Assembly: GCF_006345805.1 (NCBI RefSeq)
Contig: NW_021835993.1
Location: forward strand, 62,001 to 126,000
DNA length: 64,000 bases
From: Octopus sinensis
Lineage: Eukaryota
Direction: 5' to 3'
A model generated the notes under the pieces. That model was not told where the DNA came from, ran no database searches, and saw nothing but the letters and a program-made list of their open reading frames with translations. Shown in pieces: positions 52,072 to 64,000 of this stretch. Made by a program: the position numbers and the translations under genes. Within the stretch, counting starts at the first letter, position 1. Every line of letters begins with the position of its first letter.

Positions 52072-52699
52072 TTATTTTCTTAAAGATTTAATAAAATTGG
52101 AGATTTTCTTTTCGCCCATTTTTATGTCGTTGGCGACAGTGCCCAGCACGCCGGCCTATGAATGCAGCAGACGACCAACCTCCGACTTTTCTGCCCTGTC
52201 GTTGTCGGCGATCCTTTTGAGGATTTCAGTTTTGGATATCTCGAGGACGAGTCCGCCCATTACAATTTCGTTGAGAACTTGATGGACCTGCCAGTGAGAC
52301 ACAAGCGAGGACAGTATCGACGTGGAAGACCAAGTCGAGTTCACACACATTGGTGAAGAGGGCGTCCAGAATTTCGACAAACACTTGAATTAGGTCGATT
52401 ATGGCGAGAGGGCTTTCGAGTGAGTCAATGTAGAACACAAAGTGGAGAGTGGCATATGTCCTGTACACCAGAATGCCGTCCTTGCCGCACAGTCTGGCAA
52501 TGAGAGAGCACTTACTTTCCCCCCTCCACGAACGAGCAGTCCTCGGGAGTCCGGCCAGTGATGAGTATGTACGTGTCCTCTACTAACTCCCGCTGTTCTC
52601 GCTCAGACTGGCTAATCAGTGCATGTTTACGTAGTGCTCGTAGAATTTGGTCAGACGAGGTTTCCCACTTCGGTTGAACACGAGAACTGCCTTAATCAT
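52072..52699 (-). CDS. AP3S: AP-3 complex sigma subunit
   Basis: MIKAVLVFNRSGKPRLTKFY, YRTYATLHFVF, IDLIQVFVEILD..NVCELDLVFH, EIVMGGLVLE. Confidence 0.93.
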
Positions 52700-52787
52700 T
52701 CGACTAATTAATTCTATTTTATTCAAACAGTCCTTTAATACATTGTTCGAAAATACACTACAATCCAATATAAAGACATTAGCGGTT

Positions 52788-53295
52788 ATGAGTGAACATG
52801 TCGGCTTTTGGGTGAATTTCACGAAATATAACATCCACTTGGTCAGACTGATTGCCAAAGGTAGCCGCCGTATTTCAGTCCAGGCGCATTCGGACTAATC
52901 TACTTGGGAGTGGACGTCCGAACCAAGTCGAAATATGTGGTCAAGAAACTGGTCAAGGGCGATAAAATGCGAGTCGAAAATGAAATCAGAATTCAAGTAG
53001 TCGTGGTAGAATAACACCTGAGAGTCTGTTCAACAAGTGCGACAACATTGTCCATCTCATCACGTGGAATCAAATCCACATCCTCGGGGAAACTCACTTT
53101 AATTTGCTGATGGATTTTTGCCAGGGTCTCACTTTGTAGGCATTGAAGGCGGCTCCCTCCACGACTACTTTGTCAAGCCCAGAAAACTCAGTCACCTCGA
53201 AATTTACTACATTTTCATCTCCGTTCTGAAAGCCCTGGAGAAACTCCACTGCATGGACCCGCCGATCATACACCGAGACCTCAAAATTATTTAAT
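52788..53295 (+). pseudogene. NAK-family (GAK/AAK1-like) Ser/Thr kinase truncated at the duplication junction
   Basis: Spliced LIAKG|AFGLIY..YVVKK..ENEIRIQ|..NIVHL..LLMDFCQG|G..LHCMDPPIIHRDLK, then immediately copy-B sequence (II*). Introns of 23, 26 and 23 nt. Confidence 0.85.
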
Positions 53296-55589
53296 CAAGT
53301 TATATTATGTATTTCCACTGATATGCGGTATTCCGCAGCCATTATATCATTTCTCTAAAATTCCAAGCCAAGTATTTACTGGTTAACTCACGACTGAGTA
53401 TCTGGCTATCCTCCTGCTTTGGTTTTAGTCGAATATTTAAGTAAAAGGAATTTGGACAGGAATTGGTAGGAAAATGTTTTTTGATTTACCTAACTTACTC
53501 CAATAGCGTTTATTTTACTCACCAGTTTGCAGTTAATTCAGTTTATTGCAGTTCACCTCGACCTAAAAAACATAGGAAATTCGTATAGACAAGACTTGGA
53601 TTGACATTCCCGAGATGTTCTAATCCGAAGTTTACCAAATACATCGTATCTTTTGAATTACTAAACCGCATTACATTCAAGGGCTTTTCAATCCGGAAGA
53701 ATTTTTCTCTTTAACTGCCATAGTTCTTAATGTTCAGCTTCTTGTACTTCAACTGCCCAACATATATTGTCGATATCTGTCAATTTATTAAAATCGCAAA
53801 CTTAGGATGTAACTACTCGATTCAGACATTTGAGAAAACAGTGGTAATCTTTGAATTTATTATTCTACTTTTCATTGTTCAGTAAATATCATTCCTTCCG
53901 CATGAAAGTCTGCTTGCATTAGGTCTTCCTAGACATTCCTGGAAAAACATTACACAGATCATCGCTGGCTATGCCCACCGAGAGATCATACAAAAGATTG
54001 TCAACTCTCATTGAAAAGAGGAAAAGAAGTGAGTTTGGGGCTGTTATTTATTTGGGGCTCTTTCTATCTTCAAGGCTTGTGGCATCGTGTGAATTAAGCG
54101 GTCAATTTGATTTGTTGGTATGAGGAGTTTGTCGTCCCTGAAGGCAAGGATAATTGATTAAATATTCTTTTCTATATGTGAAGAAAGATCAGAACATGAG
54201 ATCGGAGATCTTTATTATTCAATCCTTAAAAGCTTGAATATTTGAATACTTATTTTTGACTAGTTCTAACAACGGGCAAAACTGTCGATGGCTTAATTCA
54301 TTCGGAATTATTTTATTCACTATCATGATAACCACTCCCACACATTCACATTAAATGTGCGCAAAGTGGTAGATGATGCAATGAAACCTTGTCAAATCTC
54401 TACCCAAATAACTTTGAAGTGAATTCAACAAGGCTTTCTGTGGTCTTTAATACTTTGCGTCCCAGCAGTAGATATCCACGTGGTGTTTATCCCTTGCCTG
54501 ATAGGGCCTCGTATTGTTAGGTAGTGGGAGAGGATTTTGATAGAGATCTGTTTGTCTAAATAAATCGTGTTGCATGCTCTCCAATTTTTCCGAAGCACGA
54601 CTAATTTGATAAATGCTTTTTCTATTACAAGGAAATTTAAGTTGGTTTTGTAGTACTTTGAAACGATTCCGTCTCACGTAAACACAATGGAGATTCTTTT
54701 CATTTTCACACAATTCCCAATTCTCAGACGTCATCTTTATGGATTTTCTTCACGTGGACTTGTTTCACTAACTTTGCAAGTTTATGCCAATATCGATGAG
54801 TGTGCTCATGCTTGTCGGCTTAATAAAATATCCGGTTTGTTGTTTTCTAGTTCTGATTGTTGTATTCACTCTTACTTCGACAAACTCATTCGCCACAATA
54901 GATTTTGAGCTTTCTGGTCTTTCTTACTTTAAAATATAAGTATTCTCACTCATTGCTTTGGCAGTTAATTGTGTGTCCCCGTTTATTTTAGGTACCACGA
55001 CCTTCAAAATATGGGCAATTCAAAAGATCAAAACTGTTTTCTGTCGTCAATTCGTATGGACACAGAAAATAGACTGATTGACATTCCTGAGTTTGTGATT
55101 AAATTGATTCACGATTTGTCTATAACTAAAATCAATGAATTATAGATGTAGACATGATATAATCAACTCTAAATTATGCAGAGCCTTTGATCAAATGTAT
55201 AATCTCTTCCGAATGCCATAACATTTGTATGAATGTTTTCATAAAGTCAATGAATACAACACTTAGACAGTTCGGATTGGTCTATTAGAGGCAAAAACTT
55301 TATTTTTGTGGTTTAGAATGAGACTGAGGTGCCGATATTGAGGTTAACTGGATTGTCGAGATATCACAATTTGCGTGGATAGCGGAGGTTATAACATTAT
55401 TGGCGCATTACATACAAATCGTAACTGAATTACGTGCGTAATAAACATGGAGGAGATGGTAATAACTGCTTTCCTGCATTATCAACAATATTCTGCTTAG
55501 TTGAGAAAGTTTAAATACGCTAATCTTATTTTGGACTACAAATATAAATTATTTTTTAAAAATTGTTTTTGTAGTGGAATATAGGCGTG

Positions 55590-56200
55590 ATGGAGTACAC
55601 CAAGCTACTATATCAGGCAGCACTGAATGCGGCAGAGGACAAAGTGAGGCCATCTCTCCTCATAAACTATTAGAAAAAGCTCGCCCAACTAGAAATCAGG
55701 AGGACAAGCTCAACCCCGAACATCGAACGAAACGTGGTGCCAATTGGTAAACTCTGACAGCTCATATTCCAGGAATCTTCAAAGGTCCTTATAGGCCGAA
55801 AGTTGGAAAGTCAAGGACGCACGTGGAAATTCCAAAATCTAAAAAAGGGGATCAAACAGACCCCAAACCAATGGATTACGAATCTCTGCTTAAGCTGGCC
55901 AAGGAGCAACAGGAAGAAACGTTCAGTTCAAAAAAGGTGCCCAAAGAGCAGAATAATAAAAAATCCGTTAAAATGCCGTCTAAAAAATCGAGAAAAAGTG
56001 AGAAAGAGAGAAACAAGAAAAAACCCAGGAGAACAAGCGCAAAAAAGAGCACTGGAGACATGAATTCATTCGAGTCGCTGATGGCAGAGGAGAGAAGAAG
56101 GTTTTGGTGGCATTAACGACTCTTTAGTATCCGCATTGGGATGATGGAAGACGCCCGAGAACTTTTGCTAGAGCAAAGGGCCAAAAGACGACGTAAATAG
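55590..56200 (+). CDS. SPT2: Miniature SPT2-like protein, copy B
   Basis: Near-identical to 30994-31604; visible changes include VTK>VPK and KIP>KMP. Confidence 0.75.
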
Positions 56201-57677
56201 ATTTATCAATATATTTTTTGTTTATTTGTACAGTCTGAGTAGGTCAAGCCCCAATTGTATCATGGAAATGTTTAAAATACAAATAGCTTCCTACCAAACA
56301 AGTAAAAATGTGGCCTTGCTCATATTCGCATAACTTCATTTGTGTAAAGCATATAAATCCCTTCCATTCATATAGTCCTTGTAGCTTTTTTATGGCTATA
56401 AAGCTGTCCATTCTGAACCTCCAATTTGAAAATTCTTTCGGGTTTCTACCTGCAGACGGTATATTTTACTTCCCCGGACTCTGTGTTGTACATAAAGACT
56501 GCGCTTTTGTCAGGAATTCCTAATCCACTTCCGTTTCCTTCTATTCTCAATTTTTTTAAACTTGACCTTGTATAAAAAAATGTAATCCGAAACTAATCTT
56601 TACGGACGGGAAGCCGACGCGATCGAGAAAGAGTTAAAGCGTACTATCGCCGGGGATATCCGCTCGAAAACCATCTCGATTCGCGGGCGTCGCATGTGAG
56701 AGCAGATATGCGGGACCCGATCTCCTGAATGAAGCTGATTTCCTTTCCGCTCAAGGAACCGGAAGTCTCAACCGCGAATGGAAGGAATTGGAACTTCTCC
56801 GTAAGTGAGGAGTACTTCTTCTATTCTTAAACAGCCAATTTTTTGTTCTCTTTTTAACTTATGTTTTTAAATTTTTTACTCTCATTTTAAAATTATTCGA
56901 AAAAGAAACCAGGTCTATAAATTATTTTATTACCAACTTTGGTCAGTCTAACATCTTTATCTTATTTTTAATCTATCACGGGAATAATATTTATCATTAA
57001 TCTTATGCTAAGGTACATAAATCGGTCGGTTGGGTTTTGACCTAAACTCAAATGATGTACAATTTTTGCATTGGTCGTTATGATTTCCTGTATAAAAAAT
57101 TGCGATAAAAGCCGCAATTTTTTTCAGCTAAGTGTCCTCACTACATGCTAGATCCGCATGTTGATTGGCCACAGAAGTGTACTTTTCGTTGTCTTATTCT
57201 TTTTCTATGTTTGATGAGCATACTTTAGCACAACCGACATCTCATTCCTTTTCAATAAATCACTTATCCACATGACTTTTAAAGAACTTTGAGACAACTC
57301 CATTGGAATAATTTTTTACTTTTACTTCATAGAGAACCCACAATTCGTTTGGAGGCAGGTCTTATTTGTGAAATTTCTTCACTTCAACTTGTTTTAACCG
57401 GTCTTGTGAGGTAATACCCACTTCGAATAAATGTCAGGTTTATTAAATTGGACTTTTTTTCCGGTCTTAATTGACTTGTCGAACAAACATTTAATATTGA
57501 CTTGTCAACTCTGATTTCGACATTATTAACATTACCAAATGTCTTCAATTTCCTGCTTCGTTTAATTTTATACAAAAGATATTAGTAATAATGAAATTTA
57601 TCAAATTAATTTTTGTGTTTTTTCTTGTCCCATAATTAATCTTAATTTAAACTCATTCAATAAAATGTGTATCAACT

Positions 57678-58210
57678 ATGAACAACAAAACTAAACTCTC
57701 AGAAAAAGACATGCTAAGTTTGAAATACAAAATAGTCGTTAGATTATAAAGAGGCGTTCTCCCTGTTTGAGAAGGACTGCGAGGGCACAATTACCCAAAA
57801 TGAACTTAAACACACAATCCGCGCACTCGGGCACATATTTTCGGAGGACGAATTCGCGGAATTTATCATTAAACAAAACTTTCAAAGTTGAATTGTTTTT
57901 AGATATTGAGATAAAAACAACTTCAATTTCACCGAATTTGTGGAGATTATGTCCACTAAATTTGTCCCCAAAAGTCTGGAGAAATCCTACCGCGAAACAT
58001 TTAAGTTTTTGGACAGATCGAACGACGGGATCATTTCCGCGGACGAACTCGCAAAAGCAATGCTTAAATTGGACATAAATCTAACTCCGGAAAATGTGAT
58101 GAGAATGATTAGAGAAATTGACACCGACAACAGTGGCCTGATAGATCTCGAAGGTTGGCGTTTAGCTGTCTTTCTTAGAATTCCTCTCTCTAATGATGGC
58201 CAAACAATAA
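57678..58210 (+). CDS. Calmodulin-like EF-hand protein, copy B
   Basis: Near-identical to 34560-35091. Confidence 0.85.
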
Positions 58211-61068
58211 TATTTTTATTGGTTTTTAATTGGATTAAATTTCAACAAAACTCACAATGAATAAATTGATTAATGTTTAAGACTTTCTATACAGTTGATG
58301 TCATCGTTTTCAGGTCGTTTAGTTATCGAACAAACATTTAATATTACACTAAAATTAAGATATGTGAAAATTTGCACGGTTTCTAGCCAGTTGATAGGCG
58401 TTAAAATAATATGAATGACTGGTTAATGCGCTTTGAAAATTCGTGTTGTTAAAACCATCGGCGATGAATTTAGTGAAAGAACTGGGAATTTATGATCAGT
58501 AGAGGTGATGTTCGCGCCTGCATCGAAGAGGCTCAGAGCATTGGAAGAATGTTTGAATGGCGTCATTAGCGGGAACAGAGAGATCCATCCGTAGTATGTG
58601 GCCGAAGAGTGTCCATCGGGTTTTATAATAGATGTCTCCAAGTTCTTTGGAAACAGAGTATAAGTTTTGGTTTTTGATCTTCATCGGATAGTGTATTTCC
58701 AGTAATGCCTTGAGATGCTTCCTGTGAAAAGCACTGAGATTTTCAACACATTTCTGATCCAGTCCTCATGTTTCTGAGTTGTATAGTATGATGGGCAGGA
58801 TGAAAGTCTTGTAACAATGTACTTTTACGGGATTTGAGAGATGCACGTAACTCAAACATGTTGATTTTTGCTTCTTCGGTGCCAATGTCGTCAACATCTT
58901 TTTTCATTAGACATTTTCTTAGTCACCAAGCAGTGACCCGACTTTTCTTGATCTCCTCCACATCTTGCCAGTAACTTTACTTTTTCGTGTGATAAACTCA
59001 GTCTTTTGTCCCTTCATTTTTAGTTATTCAGGTTTTCTGAAACAAAATCTATGTCGTCCGCATATAGTAATTCTATAATAGAGGTCGGCTCAAATTAAAT
59101 CTATATTTTTACAATTAATTTCTCACGTGTTCGTTATTATGATTTCTAATAATAAAAAATGAAGCAAAAGACATATTTCTTCAATCCAATTGGACTGAAG
59201 AGTTTGCATTTGTCATAAATTCTAAAAACTTGGGTGTTTAACGTCAACGTTTAAAAATTCAATATTTATCAGACTTCTACTACTGCCAGTTTTATTTTCA
59301 GTCAAGTTAAAGCTACACCCGTGGTGAAAACATAGCAGAAGCTGTTATTAATTATTTTGATACTAATCACATTTTATTGAATAAGATTGTTTAAATATCA
59401 ACAAATGGTGCAAAGAACATGGTTGGATCTAAGAAAGGTTTTGTGACAATTTTGAGATATAAAATTGAACATGAGATATAAATTTTCATTGTGTCACAAA
59501 GTTTTTTGTTCTCAAACATTTCCTGAAGATTGACATGGAGATTAAAACGATTGAGTTATCCTATATTACAGAAACTCTTTTATCGATAAATAAATCATTT
59601 CAGAACAGGTCAGAATTAAATAAAAAATTAAAGCAGAATCCATGATTTTAGAAAAGAAAAATCTACTCTCATGTTTGTTACTTTTGATTGCAAAAACAGA
59701 AGATCTAAATTTTGCACCATTTGAAATAAAATATTTTTGAATTCAAGATGCAATTACTGGAATTAAAGAATAAGAATTATGGCCTAAAAGTTTATTCACC
59801 TAACCACCGAATAAAAAGAATTAGAAAAAAAATAATTGAAATAAGAATTAACTTAAAATATTCGTGCGGAAACACGAAATAGAAAGACAAGATTTATTAA
59901 TATTTGATGTATGGAATAGCCTTCCTGAGGCATTTTATCTATTAAAAAAATTCGCATTTGGAATTATAACAATATTTAGATCAACCAATGTTTGCAAAAA
60001 TTCATTCTCAGAAATGAATTCAATAAAATCAAAATTGAGGAGTCACCTAACCGACAAAAAGTCTTAATTTTTGTGTAAAATTAAAAATGACTAAACACTG
60101 TCAACTGAGATAAAGGGACAATCGTTGCATTAATTATTTAATACTTTCTATGTTTAAATTTTCTTTCATGTTTTCTTTACAAAATATGAATTCCTGTTTA
60201 AATAAAAAGTGACTCTTTTCCACAAAAAAGTTGCCGATTCCTGGCTATACTCATTGCTGGTGCATATGCGTTAATGATCGTCAGAAGCTTTTTCTACGGC
60301 ATTATCTGTAAGACTGATATCCTGTCAATGATTCTCCAGTATTTGTGAATTGAGCTGGGATGGCGCTTATTGATTAAAAATCCATGTCTATGGTGCAGGG
60401 GTCGGCAAAATACGGCCCGCGGAGCAATCCAATCCGCCCCGCGTATAGATTTTTATATATTACCGATAAAATAAATTTTTTTAGATAAAATATTTAATTT
60501 GTACTTTATTCAATTAATTAATATTAGCCTTAAATAAGTAAAAAAAATTATCCGGCCCGCAGACCAATAATTTTTTATAATCCAGCCCCTGAAGTCGGAA
60601 ATTCTGCCGACCCCTGGAAATTCGTTCCGGTTTTGGTAAGATAATTCTATATTATTTAACAATCACATCGAAATCCTTGTTGAGCTTAGTTTCTTGAAGG
60701 TAAGCTACTAAAAATCCATAATAGATTAGTTCCTCAGTCAATTGTGTTCTTTGTAGTGAATTCCTCTGACATGAACGTCATTGTTATGAACTCTCCAGAA
60801 TATGTATTATACAGTAGTGCAATAGAGAAATGTCTCCACCTTAATCTAAAAGTCTAAGGTTTATCCATGAGGACCAACTATTTAAACTCTAGCCAACAAA
60901 ATGTGCGCAGTATAGGGATTATTTATATTGTGCATGTTGCTAATAATAAAAGTGGGAATGAGAGAGGTTCCTGGCCGAATCATTCGACTAGTTATGACGA
61001 TTAACATTTGACTACGACAAAGTACGAATAAACAAATTGCAAGTCAATTAAATGATAGAGAACTGAAT

Positions 61069-61591
61069 TTAATTTCCCAGAGGTATTTTGAGTAAAAGAC
61101 GACTTTCTTTGATGTCACTAAGTTTGGTACAAAACTGTCCTACTCGAAGAGGGATTGGTGTTCCTCCCATTTAGTCCTCTCCAAATAGCCGTCTTGTGCA
61201 GCAAACAACATTGTCCGGAGTTTGTGCATGCAGTCCGCCTGGTTGAGCGTTCTCCGTTCAGTGAGATCAGAGCGGACGACAAGTCTGTTCTCTCTGTCAA
61301 TGCGGGTGGGGAACTGCAGCAATGACTCTGCCGAAATACCATTTGGACTATTCTTTCGCTCAGTCTCTGATTCCCCCAGCTATTCAAGTCCATTCTTATC
61401 TCGACGGCTACCAATGTCAGAAGTGACTTACCGTGGGGGGACTTGGGGCAGTCGACCATTGTCTGTCCGTAGCTGAACTCCAACTTATCTAATATGAGTG
61501 AGTAATGGTCACCGATGGGGATTTCTCCATTGAAAGAAGGGCACTGCATACAAAGCAGTCTTTTAAAACGTGAACCAAACCCACTAAACAT
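61069..61591 (-). CDS. GGQ-less ICT1/mL62-like protein, copy B
   Basis: Same exon structure as 37939-38461; loop reads EFSYGQTMVDCPKSPH. Confidence 0.7.
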
Positions 61592-61634
61592 GATTATTAT
61601 AATTCGTTCTATTAATATTTCAAAACAATTAATA

Positions 61635-61820
61635 ATGCAAGAAGTAGGTGGTGTGAACGAAAAATCAGACAGGAAGTATAATTTAATGACCGAGGACCCG
61701 TGGCAGAACATTCCCCCGTCCACCTACGAGGAAGCTCAGGAATATTTCCATCAAATTATGGACGAATATTCACATTCCCGAGCCAAAAGAAACCACAAAT
61801 GGAAAAAACGATTCAATTAA
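61635..61820 (+). CDS. Small protein, possibly MPLKIP-like, copy B
   Basis: Duplicate of 38505-38690 with the frame retained. Confidence 0.35.
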   Translation: MQEVGGVNEKSDRKYNLMTEDPWQNIPPSTYEEAQEYFHQIMDEYSHSRAKRNHKWKKRFN

Positions 61821-61869
61821 CTGGCCTTTTCTTTCTTATCATTTAATTAACAACATTTGAATAAAAAAG

Positions 61870-63504
61870 TCAAATCCTTAACGAGGCAAACTTGCCCACA
61901 ATGTCGGCCAATTCGTCCGTCCGAGTGAACTTTCTCCGATTTCTACAAATAGCCCGACACGACAACTTGGCAATGAAGACCTGAAACATTGGCACCAAAT
62001 AAGGCGGAATGATGTCCCCAGACATGGACTTGCCCACCAATCCGAGAAAGCAGTCCAGTCGGCTGTGACTCAACACACTGACCTGATCCCCCTCAGACTG
62101 GAGTAAGCACACACACCCACCCGCAGTAGTCCACACATCACCAGAATGTCATTGGCATTACCCACGGCGACCTCCCTCGAAGACATGACGAGTAAGTGAG
62201 TGAGGACGTGGTCTATGTACAATTGAGGGACACTACTGAATATGGCCTGCTGTGTGGGGGAGGGGGGCAGGCCTATGCACTCCTTCAACACCTCAATTCC
62301 CACAGAGGATGAGTCCCCCACCACTGCCTCCTCAAACTCGTCCTCACTGTCCAATTAAATGCATGCACAACTCGAATGGGCCAATCTGGTCGGACTTGAA
62401 GCCAAGATGGAATAATTTCTCACGCACTTGCTCAATTCCGGCCTCCCCCAACTCATTCCCGTTCAAGTTGAGCCTTCCACCACAGGATTCCCCCAAACCT
62501 CCAAAAAATGGAGTATGTGTGATGTGGACAGACCGCAGTGGCTAAAGTCCAGTGTCTAAACATATCACAACAGGGAGACGTCGAAATGTGCTTCTGAATA
62601 GGAGAAGGCCAGTCCGAAGGCGGGGAAAGCAACTCCCGGGTAGTTATCACTGATATTCAACGACTTTAGTCTGTTCATTCCATAAAGAGACTGACATGAT
62701 TAGTGTGGTTAACCAAGGATAATAAAATGGCGCCAGTTTTGTGCATGTTGTTGTCAGAGACGTCCAGTGACTCCAACGTGGAGGACACCGAGGACAAGGC
62801 CAGGGACAAATGTCTGAATCCCTCGTCCACCACCGAATTTCCCTTCAACTCCAAATTTCTCAGCCTCTTTAGTCTCTAGCACATTCTGGGGGGAAATTAA
62901 TACGGAAATAATTCTGCTCATTTTGGCCGCCCCAGCATCCCCCAGTCTGTTTCTGGAAATATGAAAATTGACAATTTCAGAGGACTGAGTGAGCCAATAC
63001 TCGTCCAACATCTGGGAGTGGCCCACCAACCCAACCTTGGCACCCTCCGGTCCCAGTCCAGTGTTGTTGAGGTTGAGAGTCTCCAATTTGTGAAAGACCT
63101 TCGACTGGAAGTACTCCCGCAGTCCCGGGAGTGCCAAAGGACCGATTGCGTTGTCGGACAAGTCGACCTCCCGAATGGACTGGATGACTGACATGGACTG
63201 GCCGAGGAAGGTCTGGACTGATGGATGTGGCCTACCAGGGCTGCCGGGATCTCTGTGCTCGACCGGCGAGTGAACATGTTGGACAGGTTGAGGACTCGCA
63301 GTGACTTGCAGTGAAGGAGGGCCTCCGAGATTTCCCTACAGGCATCGACGCTGTAGGAATTGCCGGAGAGACTGAGGGAGAGCAGAGTTGGACTGTTCTC
63401 TCGGATTTGCTCACATATTGGTTGTGCTGTCGATTAATTATATTTGTACCCTCCTCTACGGTGTTGATGAATGTTCCCGAGTCAAAACACAGAGTCTCAC
63501 ACAT
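61870..63504 (-). CDS. RANGAP1: RanGAP1, copy B
   Basis: Duplicate of 38740-40374, carrying a different 1-nt deletion near 62481. Confidence 0.85.
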
Positions 63505-63569
63505 GATATGAAATATTAGTCTAATTAATTCAAAGTTATATAAATATTAATATAATAATTAATTAAGTG

Positions 63570-64000
63570 ATGGAGTGTATCTCGTGCTATGTGTCTGAGA
63601 GTGACAGTCCTTCCAGCACGGAGGAGACGCCCCTCAAAATCCGTTCAGTTCCCCACGTGATCGGGAATTGGTCAGTGCACGTGTATATAGACTGCACTCA
63701 ATGGGGAGGGAGGAGAGTGGTCCCCCACAAGTGGGAATGCGTGGACAGTCCCCACATCAGTCTCTCTCGGACTGTCTACACGACGAGGCAGTGCATCAAC
63801 CCAATCTGCGAGTCCCTCCACCGGGCACTCTCTCCACTCACACTTCCACGTCAAACTCGACGACCAACTCACTTACTTCACCAACGACAGCCACAATCGG
63901 TTCCCAGAGAGTGCACATTCTTAGAGAGTTCGCCGCCCTGGTGGTTGTGGAGGGGACGCGGAGACTCGCCCAACTGGTGGGGGATGTGGACAGAGTATTC
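63570..64000 (+). CDS. USB1: USB1, copy B (cut by window end)
   Basis: Duplicate of 40440 onward. Confidence 0.85.
   Translation, partial: MECISCYVSESDSPSSTEETPLKIRSVPHVIGNWSVHVYIDCTQWGGRRVVPHKWECVDSPHISLSRTVYTTRQCINPICESLHRALSPLTLPRQTRRPTHLLHQRQPQSVPRECTFLESSPPWWLWRGRGDSPNWWGMWTEY

Larger units (their letters stand above)
53286..64000 (+). repeat. Segmental duplication copy B (runs off window end)
   Basis: Colinear with 28705-40872 apart from the missing 1459-bp retroelement and small indels. Confidence 0.97.

Noticed and set aside
5182-53295. Alternative genetic code or stop-codon readthrough as the cause of fragmented ORFs
   Set aside because: In-frame stops fall inside removable 21-30 nt GT-AG introns or follow 1-nt indels. 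Fully resolved genes (ARL3, USB1, SPT2) translate with the standard code.
1-64000. tRNA, rRNA, snRNA or spliced-leader RNA genes
   Set aside because: None recognised by eye. A covariance-model search (Infernal/tRNAscan-SE) would be needed to exclude divergent ones.

Overview
Eukaryotic, metazoan-type nuclear DNA, not prokaryotic. GC-richer clusters of tightly packed housekeeping genes are separated by AT-rich tracts of decayed transposons. The genes are SND1, MED18, EHD, an SLC46-like transporter, a KEAP1-like protein, SPT2, a calmodulin-like protein, ICT1/mL62-like, RanGAP1, USB1, peflin, ARL3, GALNT7-like, FRA10AC1, a vinculin/alpha-catenin-like protein, AP3S and a NAK kinase. The transposons are Helitron, hAT, Tc1/mariner, CRE-, R4/NeSL- and RTE-like elements. 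Almost every gene is split by 21-30 nt GT-AG introns, so the ORF track shows only fragments. In ARL3 the intron positions match the vertebrate pattern as I recall it. This fits a dicyemid-like reduced parasite, but that assignment is inference. Main observations: (1) splice acceptors appear to be chosen by distance, with good AGs at intron positions 14-18 skipped; (2) a direct duplication with a 24.6-kb period (28705 = 53286) truncates a kinase and differs by a retroelement insertion; (3) an ICT1/mL62 homologue lacks the catalytic GGQ; (4) a ~98-bp satellite sits just past SND1; (5) a squalene-epoxidase-like relic lies beside a Helitron end; (6) an inverted, intron-containing copy of part of FRA10AC1 is present. 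Many single-base frameshifts look like long-read consensus errors. All gene models were assembled by eye and no searches were run.
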